In this document: in pieces, positions 13,926-32,280 of the stretch | Numbering within the stretch: the first letter of the stretch is position 1 | How the letters are laid out: every line of letters starts with the position of its first letter | NCBI RefSeq assembly: GCF_009914755.1 | Contig: NC_060940.1 | Length of the DNA: 64,000 bases | Reading direction: 5' to 3' (one strand) | Source of the DNA: the human T2T-CHM13v2.0 reference genome, Homo sapiens | Notes under the pieces: generated by a model | Told to the model about the DNA's origin: nothing | What the model saw: the letters and a program-made list of their open reading frames with translations, nothing else | The model's database searches: none | Position numbers and translations under genes: made by a program

Positions 13926-16900
13926 TCTCCAGTGTAGTATTTCTCATTTTATGCAGCAGTTCCTGCATCCTTGCCTCCATCTTGATTTCCTTAAATCGGG
14001 GAAGAGAATAGGAATGACATCAGATTCAATGTCTCAGTGTGGTCTGCTTTTTATTAGTGCCATCTCTGTGAAAGACGAGAAGGTCCACAGCCTCACTATT
14101 TAGGGAAATCTGCTGGCAGTTTCTCACCTTGCTGGTTATCTTTGCAAAACTGTAAGCGTTTGGTTCTGTTTTTTCCCTTGTAACCATTTAATTATTCCCC
14201 AAGTAGCAAAGCTTTCATGCATCCAGAGGGCCAGAGACTTAGTCCGAGGAAGTACCAGGTGTTAGCCCAGTTTTCCCAGTGAAAGGCTTGGAGATTCATT
14301 ATCAACTCAGCCTCTGGGAGCTCTGTCCACTTCTCGACCCCTTGAAGATCCTGTTCAAATCCAATGGACAAAATTGCTTTTAGCTAAGTCTCTCAGTGTC
14401 TCAGGAGTAAAGAACTTTAAAAAAATAAATGTAGAGTTGTTTTGTTTTGTTTTCAATTGATAGGCTGGAACTGTTTGTTTGAGATCATAGGCACACACTA
14501 TCCTTGGTGGTTTCTTTATCAATGTTGTTAGCAAATCTTTTATGACAAAATAGAGTTTCAAGGAAAAATAAAAAGAAAAAAACAAGAGAAAGAAGGAAAA
14601 AAAAATTGAACGCCCCCTCCAAAAAAAAAAATAGAGTTTCACACAATTAAAATAAGAATATTTCTCTTTTTACAAGGATACTTTTCCAAAAAATTATAGC
14701 AATAATTGTCTAATTTTACTAACCTAATTTTACTTATCAGTTCACTCAGTTTAGTATGCCAGTTACTGTGCAAAGTACTAAAAAGCTTGATCTACTTATG
14801 AGAATGTTTAAAGTTAGGGGCTGCTATTTGTATTTTATAAATGACGTTCAGAGAGGTGAAATCATTTTTCACAGTTGCAGAGCTAACAAGTAGCAGAACA
14901 AGTGCTCTGTGAAATTAAATTCAAGGTGTGACTTTTTGGTTCACACATGGTTATCAATCCAAAGCCAGCTTTAATGTGGAATGTGCTGTCTTGAAGATTC
15001 TATCTTAGTGTGGCTGCATAGAAGAGAAAACCAATGCCTTTTACTGTCACACTGCATTTGTATACTGCTTCAACACATTAGGATTGTCATTTTAAGAATT
15101 CTTTCAGAAGTCCTCAGCATTATAAATGCAGTCTACATGAGAGTGTATGTGAAACAGCTATATTTAAAAAAAAAAGTCCTGTCCAGATGGATCTTTAACA
15201 GTGTTGTGCAGAAAGTACCCATCGTTTCAAGTTTATGCATAATGAGGGATCCTTTTTCCACTGGGACTTTAGGTGGCTACTCCTTTATAAGAACACAAGA
15301 GAAATCTTCCCCCACTCCAAGTGGGAGAATGATGATATTGCAGATCAGAGATGGCCCTGGTTAGAAAGCACAGAGCTAGCACCTTAAAATTAGAAAAACA
15401 TTTTTTTTCCTAGAAGGTAGCATATTGCTCAGTATTTTAAAAAAGGTAAACCTCTCAGATATAAGATTAACACTTCTAATATTTCTAATACAATGGTTGC
15501 ATTTGACATGAGTCTTTAGCAGGCTCCTAAGCCAATCATAAATGTTTCCTGCATATGGTAAAAATAACCCTGAAACTAACAAGGACCTTTCCAATTCAGA
15601 AAGCCATACTTTACAAAGGGTATTAGTGATAGATTGAATGCTAATAAAATTTTCATTACACAAGAAAAAGTGTTTTCACTTAATTATATATGGCAATTTT
15701 CACCAATCATTTTGTGTTAAAGAATTGGAAGTTTATATCAGAACCACAATGAACACTATTTTTATATTTGTCTAAACAGTTCTTTAGTTTATTATAGAAT
15801 AAAATCTTTATAAATTTCATTTTTATAACATATTGCTGTCAGTCTCAACCAATCAATTTTTATCCTTCTAAGATCCTCTCTAGGAACTGTTATAAATATA
15901 TAGCTGGCAGGGCAGGCTCACCCATTCTAAATAATCAAGACTCTCATACTCAGATTGGGCAATGCATTTGCAACATTATTTTTCCTTAATAATCTGTATT
16001 TTGATACCTACTGTTCCTATTTAGCTATAATATACATTTAAAAAAACCCACTGCCCCTTGTTTCAGCCTACAATCACAATGTATACTTGGAATATAATAA
16101 TGTTTACAATGTATACTTGGAACAGAATGATTATATGATGCCTCATTTTGTCATCATCCCTGTAGGTGAAACCCTTCATCTTGATTGCCAACAACATTAA
16201 TAAACTCCCCAGAAGTCTAGATATGGGCAATGAGGATGAGTGTGTGAGAACCAGAAAAACTTATATTACTCACTTTGAATCCAGAGATTTATCTCTGCAA
16301 AGCTTTCATCACAATCTATTATATTCCTTCATTTGAAAATGCTCAAACTTGAAATTCTTTTTCTGTGTATTCTTTATACTTGCCACAATGTGACACTTTA
16401 AAAATTCTGAGTTTTCATTAATATTTTCTCCTACATTCTACTCTGCATAAGCACATTTTCTGGACACTGGTAGAGCATCTAGCAAAATGTTAAAATGTCT
16501 CAGTAAGTTTTACTAAGCACCATTTTGTAATGTAAGAAATTATTTCTTCATTTATATACTTTTTCTATTGTTGTCTGTTTAGTAGGAAGCTTCCAGGGTA
16601 AGCAGTTTAACATGCTGGCTGTTAAATACATTTACCCATCATGCAAAGAAGGATAACAGGTATTATTGTATATTATTCTGAAGAGTTTTCTGTCTCTTCT
16701 CCTAACCATAAATATGCCCAGAATCTCATAATAGTCTCATGTCACCCTTTGAGTTGCCCTTTATATTCTTTTAGAGCTATTGCTTGACCCAATATTTCAT
16801 AGAGCCTCCTTTAGTACTACTGAGAAAGTATCTTCTTCACTTTTCTCTTACATTTTATACAGTGCCACATATTTTAATCATATAACCTCTTCTTAACCTT

Positions 16901-18150
16901 TTATTTGTTACTTAGAATGATTATAAGATGGAGCTCGTTAAATAACAAGATTCTGGTTAAGTAAGAAGATGCTGTTCTGGAATTGTTAAATGGATAGGTA
17001 AGCTTTTTATGATAATATTCCCCACATGAAAAGTCATGGTGCTACTTATTTCTGCAATTGAGAAAGTTTGTTAGTAGAAAACTACGATTTTGTTCTAATT
17101 AAACAAACAAGTGACACCTTAATACACAAACAAAAGTCTGTGTTATTCTCCATCCTCTCATACCATTTCCTATTTTTTTTAAACAAACCTGTTGTCAGGT
17201 TTAAATTGGCTTTCTTGGTTGAAACCAGCAGTCTTAATTTGCAATTGAAATTCATCCAATTAAACAATAGATTGCCTGGAATTAATGGTAATTGAACAAT
17301 CTAAATTAAATGGGAGAAATTGTGGACAAGTGAAGAGGAAAATAAACATGGCACAATTTAAGCTTGGAAAGTCACATACATTAACGAGACCATGGAACCA
17401 TGTTTCATGAGATGTCGTTTGCCTTCAGACACATCTATAAAAGCCTTTGTGGGACACTACACTGACCTAAAAAGCGAATATCTTGGCAGACGTTGAGACA
17501 ACTAGAATTGAAGTAGCCACAAAAAGCCTATATTTGCAATGGATTTACTTTCTTTTGGTTAATAGGACATGGCAAAATATCCCTGTGATACCATCAACCA
17601 CACAAATGTGACAAGAAAGGAATCTTCCATTGCATGTATTGTAATATTGACCCATCAAAGGGTATAAGTCTCCTTTCTCAGGCATGAAGCAACAGCTATG
17701 ACTCTGGAAAATAAGTATGATGGTGAAGCTTAAATTGATTTGTTGCCCAAGAAAAAGAATTATAAGAAATGCAATCTGGTTCTTGCGTAGGCAGTGCTAG
17801 GTCTTTGGAGAGCTAACTCAAAATAGTTGACTTTTCAAAAAGGGGTTTCTGACTGGCTTACATGGCCTGGTTATCCATTCACAGCAAGAAATCCTATCCC
17901 TAAATAGACTGTTATGATCACCTGCAGAGAACGATGGATTCCCCTAGCAAAACTTGGTTTGGAGACACTAATGATGGCACAAACATACCAAGAAGGTATG
18001 AAAAGACATCAAGAATATATAAAAAATACACCAAGAAGGTATGAAATTCTCCTTATTATATTGAAATTATGCAATTTCAGATACATAATTGAGGTCTCTG
18101 GAAAGAGTAAGGCAGGCCCCTCAAGACAGTTAGTTAGAAATGGCTTGAGA

Positions 18151-18500
18151 GCCCAGTGCAGTGGTTCATACCTATAATCCTAGCAGCTCAGCAGGCTGTG
18201 ATGGGAGGTTTGAGACCAGGAGTTTGAGATGAGCCTGGGCAAAATAGTGGGACTGCATCTCTAAATAAACAATCAAGCAAACCGAAAAATACCTGGGTAT
18301 GGTGGTACATGCCTATAGTCCTAGGTATTTAGGAGACTGAGGCAAGAGTATCACTCGAGGCCAGGAGTCAGAGGTTGCAGTGAACCATGATAATGCCACT
18401 GCACTCCAGCCTGGATGATGAATTAGGACCCTGACTCAAAAGAAAGAAAGAAAGAAGGAAATCAAAGAAAAAAAGAAATGATTCAAAAAGGGAGAGAAAT
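18151..18500 (+). mobile_element. AluJ-type with GAAA-expanded tail
   Basis: CCAGTGCAGTGGTTCATACCTATAATCC...GCACTCCAGCCTGG; TSD AAATGGCTTGAGA at 18138-18150 and 18501-18513. Confidence 0.9.
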
Positions 18501-18864
18501 AAATGGCTTGAGAGAGCTAGGAAAAAAGAATGGCATGAGTTTTCCTTGTGGTTAGGAGATGAGGCTAGGGTGAGGATTCTCTGGTGTGGACAGAGACTTT
18601 CCTGGTTTGAATCTCCTGCTGGTACCCACGGATCACCCAGGTTTTCTTACCAGCTTGTCTAGATATAGGACACAAGAAAAAGAGGGAAGGACAAGGCTTA
18701 AAAGTTCTCATCAGTCAAATACTTTTTTTAAAAATTGGAATCATAGTCATCATTGCAGAGTCTGAGTACTGGGACTGAGCAATGTCAACATAAGAATGCC
18801 TCTTAATATGCTCTTCATCCTGCAAACAGAGCTGACCTACTGACACGCTTACCTATCCCATTAC

Positions 18865-19115
18865 TGCAAAATGGAAGCAGAGATTGGCGTGCTACAGCCA
18901 CAAGCAAAGGAATTCTAGCAGCCACCACAATGTGGAACAGGCAGAGAAGTTATCCCCTAGAGCCTCTGGTTATATACGGTCCTAACAACACCTTGATTTC
19001 AGTCCACTGAAACTAATGAACTTCTGGCCTGCAGAACTATGAGAGAGCAAACTTCAGTTGTTTCAGCCACCAAATTTGTGATCATTTGCTCTGACAGCCA
19101 CACAAATGAATACAT
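18865..19115 (+). mobile_element. MLT1 (C/D-like) LTR 3' fragment
   Basis: GGAAGCAGAGATTGG...CCCCTAGAGCCTCTGG...ACACCTTGATTTCAG...CTTCTGGCCTGCAGAACTATGAGAGA...AAATGAATACA. Confidence 0.75.
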
Positions 19116-19274
19116 ATGGAATATAGGTGGATAAAATAGAATGTAAACATGAGAAGACTATACCAATAAAAAAGGTTATTAAATCTGAATTGTAGGATGT
19201 GTGTGGATGTATAAGGCATGACAAGATAAAGCATGTGAAACAATGATGACAATTACAGCTATAGAAATGAATAT

Positions 19275-20050
<776 letters not shown>

Positions 20051-20429
20051 GAAAGTAATAACAATCTTAGGAAATTTAGACTTTAAACTAAGAGTAATGA
20101 AAAACATTTCCAAAGATTTTACTCAGGAAGAGACATTATTATATAATCGATCATTTTACATATCCTGGATGTTATGGACGAATGGCTTGAACTGAAAAAT
20201 AATTAAGACCTAGACACTATTTATCAGGCTGTTGAAATAATCCAGGAATATAATGTTGAAGCTCTAAACTAGTAAAATATACATTACGTTCTAAATAATT
20301 GGATTCAAAAAAGATTTAGGAACTAGACTGTATATAATTGGAATTTAATTGGATATATAATGAAAAGAATTACAAAACATTTGCAAGGAATATGGGAGGA
20401 CAGATATATCTTTGAGAACTTAATTTCAA

Positions 20430-21350
20430 TTCTTTCATATATATATATACCCAGAAGTAAGATTGGTGAATCAATCACACAGTAGTGCTATTTTTTTAAT
20501 TTTTTGAGGAATCTCTATACTGTTTCCCATTCTACATTTCCACCAATAGCGTACAAGGGTTCCAACTAGCCCGCATCCTCACCAACACTGATCTTTTGTT
20601 TTTTGATAATAGTAATCATAGCAGGTGTGAAGTGATATCTCATTTTGGCTATGATTTACATTTCTCTGATGATTAGTTGTGTTCAGCATCTTTTTATATA
20701 CTTGGTGGTCATTTATATGCTTTATTTGGAAAAATTTCTGTTCAAGCCTTTTGCCCATATTTTAATAGGGTTATCTGTTTTTTGCCATTGAATTGTAGAA
20801 GTTCCTTATGTATTTTGGAAATTAATCATTTATCACATACATAGTTTGTAAATATTTTCTCCCATTGTTTAGGCTGCATTTACAGTCCATTGATTTTTTT
20901 CTTTGCTGTACAGAAGCTTTTTAGTTTGATGTAGTCCTGCTTATCTATTGTTGCATTTGTTGACTGTGTTTTTGTTGTCATATCCCAAGGATCATAGCTG
21001 TGATCAATGCCATTAAGCTTTTCCCTATGTTTTCTTCTAGTAGTTTAACAGTTGCTGATACTATGTTTAAGATTTTAACACATTTTGAGTTGGCTTTTGT
21101 ATATGGTATAAGGTAGTTCATTTTTATTATTTTGCATGTAGATAACCAGTTTTCTCAGTTCCATTTTTTGAGGAGACAATTATTTCTCCATTGTGTTTTC
21201 TTAGCTAATCATTGAGGTTCTATTCACAATAGCCAAGATGGGGAAATGATCCAAGGGTCCTTTGACAGATTAATGAATCAAGAAAATGTGCTATATACAT
21301 ATAATAGAATATTATTAACTCTAAAACAGAAGGAAATCTGCAACATAATG
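20430..21350 (-). mobile_element. L1MA/MB-type ORF2 3' fragment (minus, to ~21210) followed by a short plus-strand L1 piece (~21220-21350)
   Basis: ATATACCCAGAAGT...CAGGTGTGAAGTGATATCTCATT...CAGAAGCTTTTTAGTTTGATGTAGTCC; then TATTCACAATAGCCAAGATGGGGAAA...AAGAAAATGTG. Confidence 0.8.
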
Positions 21351-21656
21351 GCCTGTCACATCTCTGTCACTCTACAATAATTAGTGATATTAATACTATT
21401 ATTTAGAAAAAATTGATTTCCTATGACATAGGTTATGACATGTATTTTGTCTCAGGTGCCTCATTCACAGGGTAGGTTAAGGGACAATATCTAAAGTTCT
21501 TTTCTGCTGCTTCCAATGTATAAAGACATTAGTTAAGACATAAACAAGAAACAGATAATCATGAACTCAAGTTAGAAAATCATGAGAGTTTAGTGAAGGA
21601 ATTATTTTCAAAGCGTGCACAGGTTTGAGGGAAATCAATGAGGGAATGTGAGGTTT

Positions 21657-21730
21657 CCCAGGGTTAGTAACAGGGGAGAAGATGTTTCTGTAACCCAGGG
21701 TTAGTAACAGGGGAGAAGATGTTTCTGTAA
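21657..21730. repeat. Perfect 37-bp tandem duplication
   Basis: CCCAGGGTTAGTAACAGGGGAGAAGATGTTTCTGTAA at 21657-21693 and 21694-21730. Confidence 0.95.
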
Positions 21731-23210
21731 CTTGAGGGTAAAAGAGGTCATGGAAAGAGTGGTTAGTAGAAATTGGGGAGAGAACTACATGGAAAAGGAT
21801 TCCTGAAAAAAAAAAAAAAAAAAACAACTATGACCTTAATGAAATGAAACAGCCAACCACTGTTAACACTGCAGGGAGGAACCAGGTAAATAAATACTCT
21901 GATCTCACTTCTCCACCTGCTCTCTAGTATCTTACTTGAGCATCCCATTGGTCTTACTGTAACCTAACCCAAAGGGCAGTGGAGTACACTGATGCCTTCC
22001 ATGAAGTTTATACTTCAAGTCACAAAGCAAGGCCCTGAGCAAATGGAAGATATGTAGCACAGATTTTGCTGGAACATCATTCTCATGAAACTTTAGTATC
22101 ATAAAAGAGTTTAGAAAGGAAAAAAAAAGGAAAAAAGTCATGGAAAAGCTAATTACTTCTCATAGGTTGATTTTTTTTTTTTTTTTTTGACAAACTACAA
22201 GGTTTATCTACCTAGGTACAGATGGAATATGTTTAATTGGCAACTAATGATTTTCATGACTAAAGTAATTTCTGACTCCACAATCCTTGTTACCCTTTAA
22301 TATGGAATCCTACTAATCAGAAAAAGCAGTGTTTAATCTGTTTCTGATACAATTGAAGGTGTGAATAATTTGTTGGAGTCATTTACACAAGGTTTGGTTG
22401 ATGGATTCTATCTTTAGTTTTATCTGATAATGAATACTGACATTTATTTCTGATATGAAAATGTCACAGTTCTCTTGAATTGAGTGGTAGAAAATCAATA
22501 CATATTCAATTTGTTTTTCTATTTTAAAAGTTTTAATGGAAATTCTCATTGGCTTTTTACCAGTATTCGTTTAACACTAGAAACATATTATCACTTTAAT
22601 TAGAATATATCTTTTTGTAAGACATACCCTAGAGTGAACACCACCTAATGAGTGAGCTCTAGTTGTCCTAATAACATTTTTATTTTGTCAGGAATCTGAA
22701 AATACCCTAAACCCAATTTGGATTAACTTCTTCATTTCATCTGAAGTCTAGATCTGTTTTGGTTGGGGTTTTCTGTGAGAATATTGACAATAGGGTTCTG
22801 TGTGAAACACAAAGTGATTGAAGAAAGAAGCTCTAGGTGAATTTTTCTGGGTAGATGGAAACCTGAAGCACTGGATCCATGTGACAAGAAGGGGATATGA
22901 CTCTGAAGACTGTCACTCAGTACAAGTTAGCAATGTTCCCCTAGAACTATGAAATGCTCTAACATGGGATATGTTTGAATTCGGTTTGGGCAGGTCCTTT
23001 CTCCATCACTTTCATAGGCAAAGCAGAGCTCTCTGAGTTGTTTCCCTGCTCAGTTTCCAAAATACCCCTTCAGACCTAATGACTGCATAGGGTGTACCTT
23101 TCCAAATTGTCCTCACTTATGAATTAGCTCAAAATTAAACCTGATTAATTTTTGAATCTAATTTCCCCATGTTAATTCTATAAATATTCACATACTGCAT
23201 CTGTTTACTT

Positions 23211-23505
23211 TTATTTTATAGAGGCAGGGTTTCACTCTGTTGCCCAAGCTGGAATGCAGTGGCACAATCATAGCTCACTGCAGCTTTGACCTCTTGGCTT
23301 CAAGCTATTCTTCCACCTCAGCCTCCTGAGTAGCTGCGGCTACAAGCACATGTCATGACACCCAGCTAATTATTATTTTATTTTTTATAGAGACAGAGTC
23401 TTGCTATGTTGCCCAGGCCAGTCTTAAACTCGTGACATAAAGTGATCCTCTTGCCTTGGCTTCCCAAAATGCTGGGATTACAGGCATGAGCCACTGCATC
23501 TGGCC
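23211..23505 (-). mobile_element. AluJ-type
   Basis: CACAATCATAGCTCACTGCAGC...GTCTTGCTATGTTGCCCAGGC...GAGCCACTGCATCTGGCC; TSD TGTTTA(C/T)TTTT. Confidence 0.92.
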
Positions 23506-24209
23506 TGTTTATTTTTCTAATGAGACTATAGTTTTACACTCTCATCATAAAATGATTTAAAGAAGAAATAAGCTAGATAAATTTCCTTTGAAAAACATGG
23601 GCAAAAAAAAATTTAGACACTATCTATATACATCTTTACATTGACATTAAACTATAATTTTGTGGTAAATTTCATGATTTTGAGAAGGCTATGTAGACAG
23701 AAAGAGTCATGGTGGAGTGAAGAGTTAAGGAAATAGAAATGATAGGTTGGAGAGACTAAGGCATCTAGAGGTTTCAAGGAAGATAATTTGAAAGAATTCT
23801 GCATTGAGTGAAAACTCCAGAGACCTATGGAAGTTTCCCTTTGAGTACTCTATAGAATACTGATTAGTGTATGAGTGTAAGAAAACATCCCAAGGTTGGA
23901 TGAATATCTACCTTCAAGGATTACAGAGGTTGTTACATAAAGATCAAGCAGATTTGTTAATAGAGTCTGTTTTCACCAGCCAGATTGGGACACAGGGAAT
24001 TAGGTAGAGGACTCAGAAGATTCTTGCTTTTATAGTGTGGAAAAATCTCTAAATGTGTTTCTGCCAAATCTTAAAGCAACATCTGAAAGGACAAAACTTA
24101 ACTGTGTGTGAAAACAAAGCTCAAGATTATTTGTAGAATTGCAAAGTATCCAGTACACAAGAAGGTAAAATTTACAGTATCGCATATCAGCAAAAAATTA
24201 CAAGGCATG

Positions 24210-24452
24210 GCAGATCACCAGGCCAGTAAATTGAGTCCATCCTGACTAACACAGTGAAATCCTGCCTCTACTAAAAACAAAAAATTAGCCAGGTGTGGTG
24301 GCATGCGCCTGTAGTCCCAGCTACTTGGGAGGCTGAGGTAGGTGAATTGCTTCAATCTGGGAGGCAGAGATTGCAGTGAGCCGAGATTACATCACTGCAC
24401 TCCAGCCTGGAAAACACAGCGAGACTCCGTCTCAAAAAATAAAATAAACAAA
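24210..24452 (+). mobile_element. 5'-truncated Alu (Sc/Y-like)
   Basis: GCAGATCAC...CCATCCTGACTAACACAGTGAAA...GAGACTCCGTCTCAAAAA; TSD AAGGCATG 24202-24209 / 24453-24460. Confidence 0.9.
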
Positions 24453-24914
24453 AAGGCATGAAAGTAAGTAGAAAGATGCAACCCGTGAGGAGAAAAATTA
24501 ATCAATGAAAACCAATCTAGACATGACAGACAAGCTAAAATTAGCCAAAAAGAACAATAGTACAGTTATTGTAACCATATCCTATGTTCAAAGGCTAAAG
24601 AAAAGATTAAAAATGAGGAGTAAAAACATGGAAAATATAAAAGTGATCCAAAATGAACCTCTAGATATGAGAACAACATTGTATGAGATTTCTTTAAAAA
24701 ATGCAATGGTTGGGAACTGGAGCATATTAGGTCTATCAGAAGAAAAGATTAACGAACTTGAAGACACAGCACAACAAATTACCCAAACAGAAGAAATAAG
24801 ACTCAAATAAATGTACAGAACATGAGTGATAAGTATTTTAAGTGGCCCAATATAGGGGTAATTGAAGTCCCTGGAGTAAGAGAGAAGAGCGATAAAAATA
24901 AACATTGGCTAAAA
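24371..24914 (+). repeat. Local duplication, donor copy (Alu 3' end plus L1M ORF1 fragment)
   Basis: Aligns end to end with 32281-32842; the ORF track gives near-identical peptides (MRSKNMENIKVIQN...EEKINELEDTAQQITQTEE). Confidence 0.95.
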
Positions 24915-25613
24915 ATGTTTCCCAGTTGATAAAGTACACAAACCAATAGATACAAGAAACTTAGTAAAGAAACATGAAGAGAAGCACTCTAAGGCATAAT
25001 GTAATAAATTTCCTCAAGACCAGTGATGATGAGAAATTTTAAATGCATCTGGAGAAAAAAGACATATTACATACAAAAATAAAGATGGTAGCAAATTTCT
25101 TTCTAGAAGCAATGCAAATGGAAAGAAAGGTAGAAATATCTTTTAAAAAGAAAGAAAAAGAAACTATCAACCCATAGAAATTCTATACCCACAGAAATTT
25201 CTTTCAGAAACAAAGGTTAAATAGAGACTTTTCCAGTTGTATAAAAATTGAAATGATTACTCACCAGTAGACCTTCTGCACTGCTGTAATTTTTTACAGA
25301 AAGTTACCTAAGTCGAAAAAAAATTATACAACATAAAAATAAGTATCTTTTCAAAGAAGAACATGGGAAATAAAAGACATAGGTTAATACACAAGCCTTT
25401 ATTATGTAAATGGCAGTTTAAACCAAAATAGTAACAATATAGTGCTAATAATAAATATATAAAGTAAATGAATTATAAAAAAATAACAGTATATTTCTAG
25501 AAATAAAGTTCATGACAAAAATGGCATGAAGGCTAGGAGTAATGAAAATATATAATTGAAAATAAAATATTACTGGGAAAGTGGACTCTGTCAAGTTAAA
25601 AATGAATACTATA

Positions 25614-25893
25614 GGCCAGGCGTGGTGGCTCACGCCTGTAATCTCAGCACTTTAGGAGGCTGAGGCAGGTGGATCACAAAGTCAGGAGTTCGAAACCAGC
25701 CTGATCAACATGGTGAAACCCCGTCTCTACTAAAAATACAAAAAATTAGCTGGATGTGGTGGCACATGCTTATAATCCCAGCTATTCGAGAGGCTGAGGC
25801 AGGAGAATCACTTGAACCCAGGAGGTGGAGGCTGAGGTCAGCAGATTGTGCCATTGCACTCCAGCCGGGCGATAGAGCAAGATTGTGTCTCAA
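25614..25893 (+). mobile_element. AluS body; its A-tail is displaced to 31942-31960 by L1-A
   Basis: GGCCAGGCGTGGTGGCTCACG...GAGCAAGATTGTGTCTCAA; Alu TSD AATACTATA at 25605-25613 and 31961-31969. Confidence 0.93.
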
Positions 25894-26798
25894 GAGGAGC
25901 CAAGATGGCCGAATAGGAACAGCTCCAAGTCTACAGCTCCCAGCGTGAGCAACGCAGAAGACGGGTGATTTCTGCATTTCCATCTGAGGTACTGGGTTCA
26001 TCTCACTAGGGAGTGCCAGACAGTGGGCGCAGGTCAGGGGGTGCGCGCACCGCACCGTGCGCGAGCCGAAGCAGGGCGAGGCATTGCCTCACTTGGGAAG
26101 CGCAAGGGGTCAGGGAGCTCCCTTTCCTAGTCAAAGAAAGGGGTGACAGACGGCATCTGGAAAATCGGGTCACTCCCACCCCAATACTGCGCTTTTCCGA
26201 CGGGCTTAAAAAACGGCGCACCAGGAGATTATATCTCGAACCTGGCTCGGAGGGTCCTACGCCCACAGAGTCTCGCAGATTGCTAGCACAGCAGTCTGAG
26301 ATCAAACTGCAAGGCAGCAGCGAGGCTGGGGGAGGGGTGCCTGCCATTGCCCAGGCTTGCTGAGGTAAACAAAGCAGCCAGGAAACTCCAACTGGGTGGA
26401 GCCCACCACAGCTCAAGGAGGCCTGCCTGCCTCTGTAGGCTCCACCTCTGGGGGCAGGGCACAGACAAACAAAAAGACAGCAGTCACCTCTGCAGACTTA
26501 AATGTCCCTGACAGCTTTGAAGAGAGCAGTGGTTCTCCCAGCCCACAGCTGGAGATCTGAGAACAGGCAGACTGCCTCCTCAAGTGGGTCCCTGACCCCT
26601 GACCCCCGAGCAGCCAAACTGGGAAGCAACCCCCAGCAGGGGCAGACTGACACCTCACATGGCCTGGTACTCCAACAGACCTGCAGCTGAGGGTCCTGTC
26701 TGTTAGAAGGAAAACTAACAAACAGAAAGGACATCCACACCAAAAACCCATCTGTACATCACCATCATCAAAGACCAAAAGTAGATAAAACCACAAAG
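25894..26798 (+). promoter_or_regulatory. L1 5'UTR internal sense/antisense promoter with YY1 site
   Basis: YY1 motif CAAGATGGCC at 25901-25910; many retained CpGs; unspliced donor GAG|GT (25989) and acceptor ACAG| (26514). Confidence 0.85.
26006..26347 (-). CDS. L1 antisense ORF0, open (113 aa from the MAGTPPP ATG)
   Basis: MAGTPPPASLLPCSLISDCCASNLRDSVGVGPSEPG...RFSRC matches primate L1 ORF0; C-terminus runs on past the L1HS-type stop; expression unknown. Confidence 0.75.
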   Translation of the reverse strand: MAGTPPPASLLPCSLISDCCASNLRDSVGVGPSEPGSRYNLLVRRFLSPSEKRSIGVGVTRFSRCRLSPLSLTRKGSSLTPCASQVRQCLALLRLAHGAVRAPPDLRPLSGTP

Positions 26799-27817
26799 AT
26801 GGGGAAAAAACAGAGCAGAAAAACTGGAAACTCTAAAAAGCAGAGTGCCTCTCCTCCTCCAAAGGAACGCAGTTCCTCACCAGCAACGGAACAAAGCTAG
26901 ACGGAGAATGACTTTGACGAGCTGAGGGAAGAAGGCTTCAGACGATCAAATTACCCCGCGCTACGGGAGGACATTCAAACGAAAAGCAAAGAAGTTGAAA
27001 ACTTTGAAAAAAATTTAGAAGAATGTATAACTAGAATAACCAATACAGAGAAGTGCTTAAAGGAGCTGATGGAGCTGAAAACCAAGGCTTGAGAACTACG
27101 TGAAGAATGCAGAAACCTCAGGAGCCGATGTGATTAACTGGAAGAAAGGGTATCAGCGATGGAAGATGAAATGAATGAAATGAAGTGAGAAGGGAAGTTT
27201 AGAGAAAAAAGAATAAAAAGAAATGAGCAAAGCCTCCAAGAAATATGGGACTATGTGAAAAGACCAAATCTACATACGATTGGTGTACGTGAAAGTGACG
27301 GGGAGAATGGAACCAAGTTGGAACACACTCTGCAGGATATTATCCAGGAGAAACTTCCCCCCATCTAGCAAGGCAGGCCAACGTTCAGATTCAGGAAATA
27401 CAGAGAACGCCACAAAGATACTCCTCGAGAAGAGCAACTCCAAGACACATAATTGTCAGATTCACCAAAGTTGAAATGAAGGAAAAAATGTTAAGGGCAG
27501 CCAGAGAGAAAGGTCGCCTTACCCTCAAAGGGAAGCCCATCAGACTAACAGCAGATCTCTCGGCGGAAACTCTACAATGCAGAAGAGAGTGGGGGCCAAT
27601 ATTCAACATTCTTAAAGAAAAGAATTTTTAACCCAGAATTTCATATCCATCCAAACTAAGCTTCATAAGTGAAGGAGAAATAAAATCCTTTACAGACAAG
27701 CAAATGCTGAGAGATTTTGTCACCACCAGGCCTGCCCTAAAAGAGCTCCTGAAGGAAGCACTAAACATGGAAAGGAACAACCAGTACCAGCTGCTGCAAA
27801 ATCATGCCAAAATGTAA
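26799..27817 (+). pseudogene. L1-A ORF1 (ORF1p), disrupted
   Basis: ATGGGGAAAAAACAG...CATGCCAAAATGTAA; in-frame TAG at 26898 plus further stops/indels. Confidence 0.92.
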
Positions 27818-27880
27818 AGACCATTGAGACTAGGAAGAAACTGCATCAACTATTGAGCAAAATAATCAGCTAACATCATA

Positions 27881-31702
<3,822 letters not shown>

Positions 31703-32280
31703 ACAATGAGAACACATGGACACAGGAAGGGGAACATCACACTCTGGGGCCTGTTGTGGGGTGGGGGGAGGGGGGAGGGATAGCATTGGGAGATATACCT
31801 AATGCTAGATGAGTTAGTGGGTGCAGCGCACCAGCATGGCACATGTATACATATGTAACTAACCTGCACATTGTGCACATGTACCCTAAAACTTAAAGTA
31901 TAATAATAAATAAATAAATTTAAAAAAAGATTCTGTCTCAAACAAAACAAAAAAAAAGAAAATACTATAAACCTAAAACAATCACACAAATAACATAACA
32001 AATAGTTATAGCTAGTAAGTCAACAAAATAAATGAAAAATTGTTTCATAAAAATATAAATTAATCTAAAAGAAGGCATAAAAAAGGACATATTGAACAAA
32101 TGGAAAACAAATAGCAAGTTAATGGCTTTAAACCTGATTGTATTAAACATCACATTAAATTTAAATGGTCTGTACCACCCCAATTAAAACAAAGAGGTAG
32201 TCTGACTGGATTAAAATAAGGAAGACCTACCTACATGCTGCCAAAAGGAAACTAAATATAAAAATCGAAATAAATCAAAG

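Noticed and set aside
13549-14103. 184-aa ORF in apparently unique DNA
   Set aside because: Non-ATG start, low-complexity composition, runs through the 32-bp tandem repeat, no recognisable protein motif.
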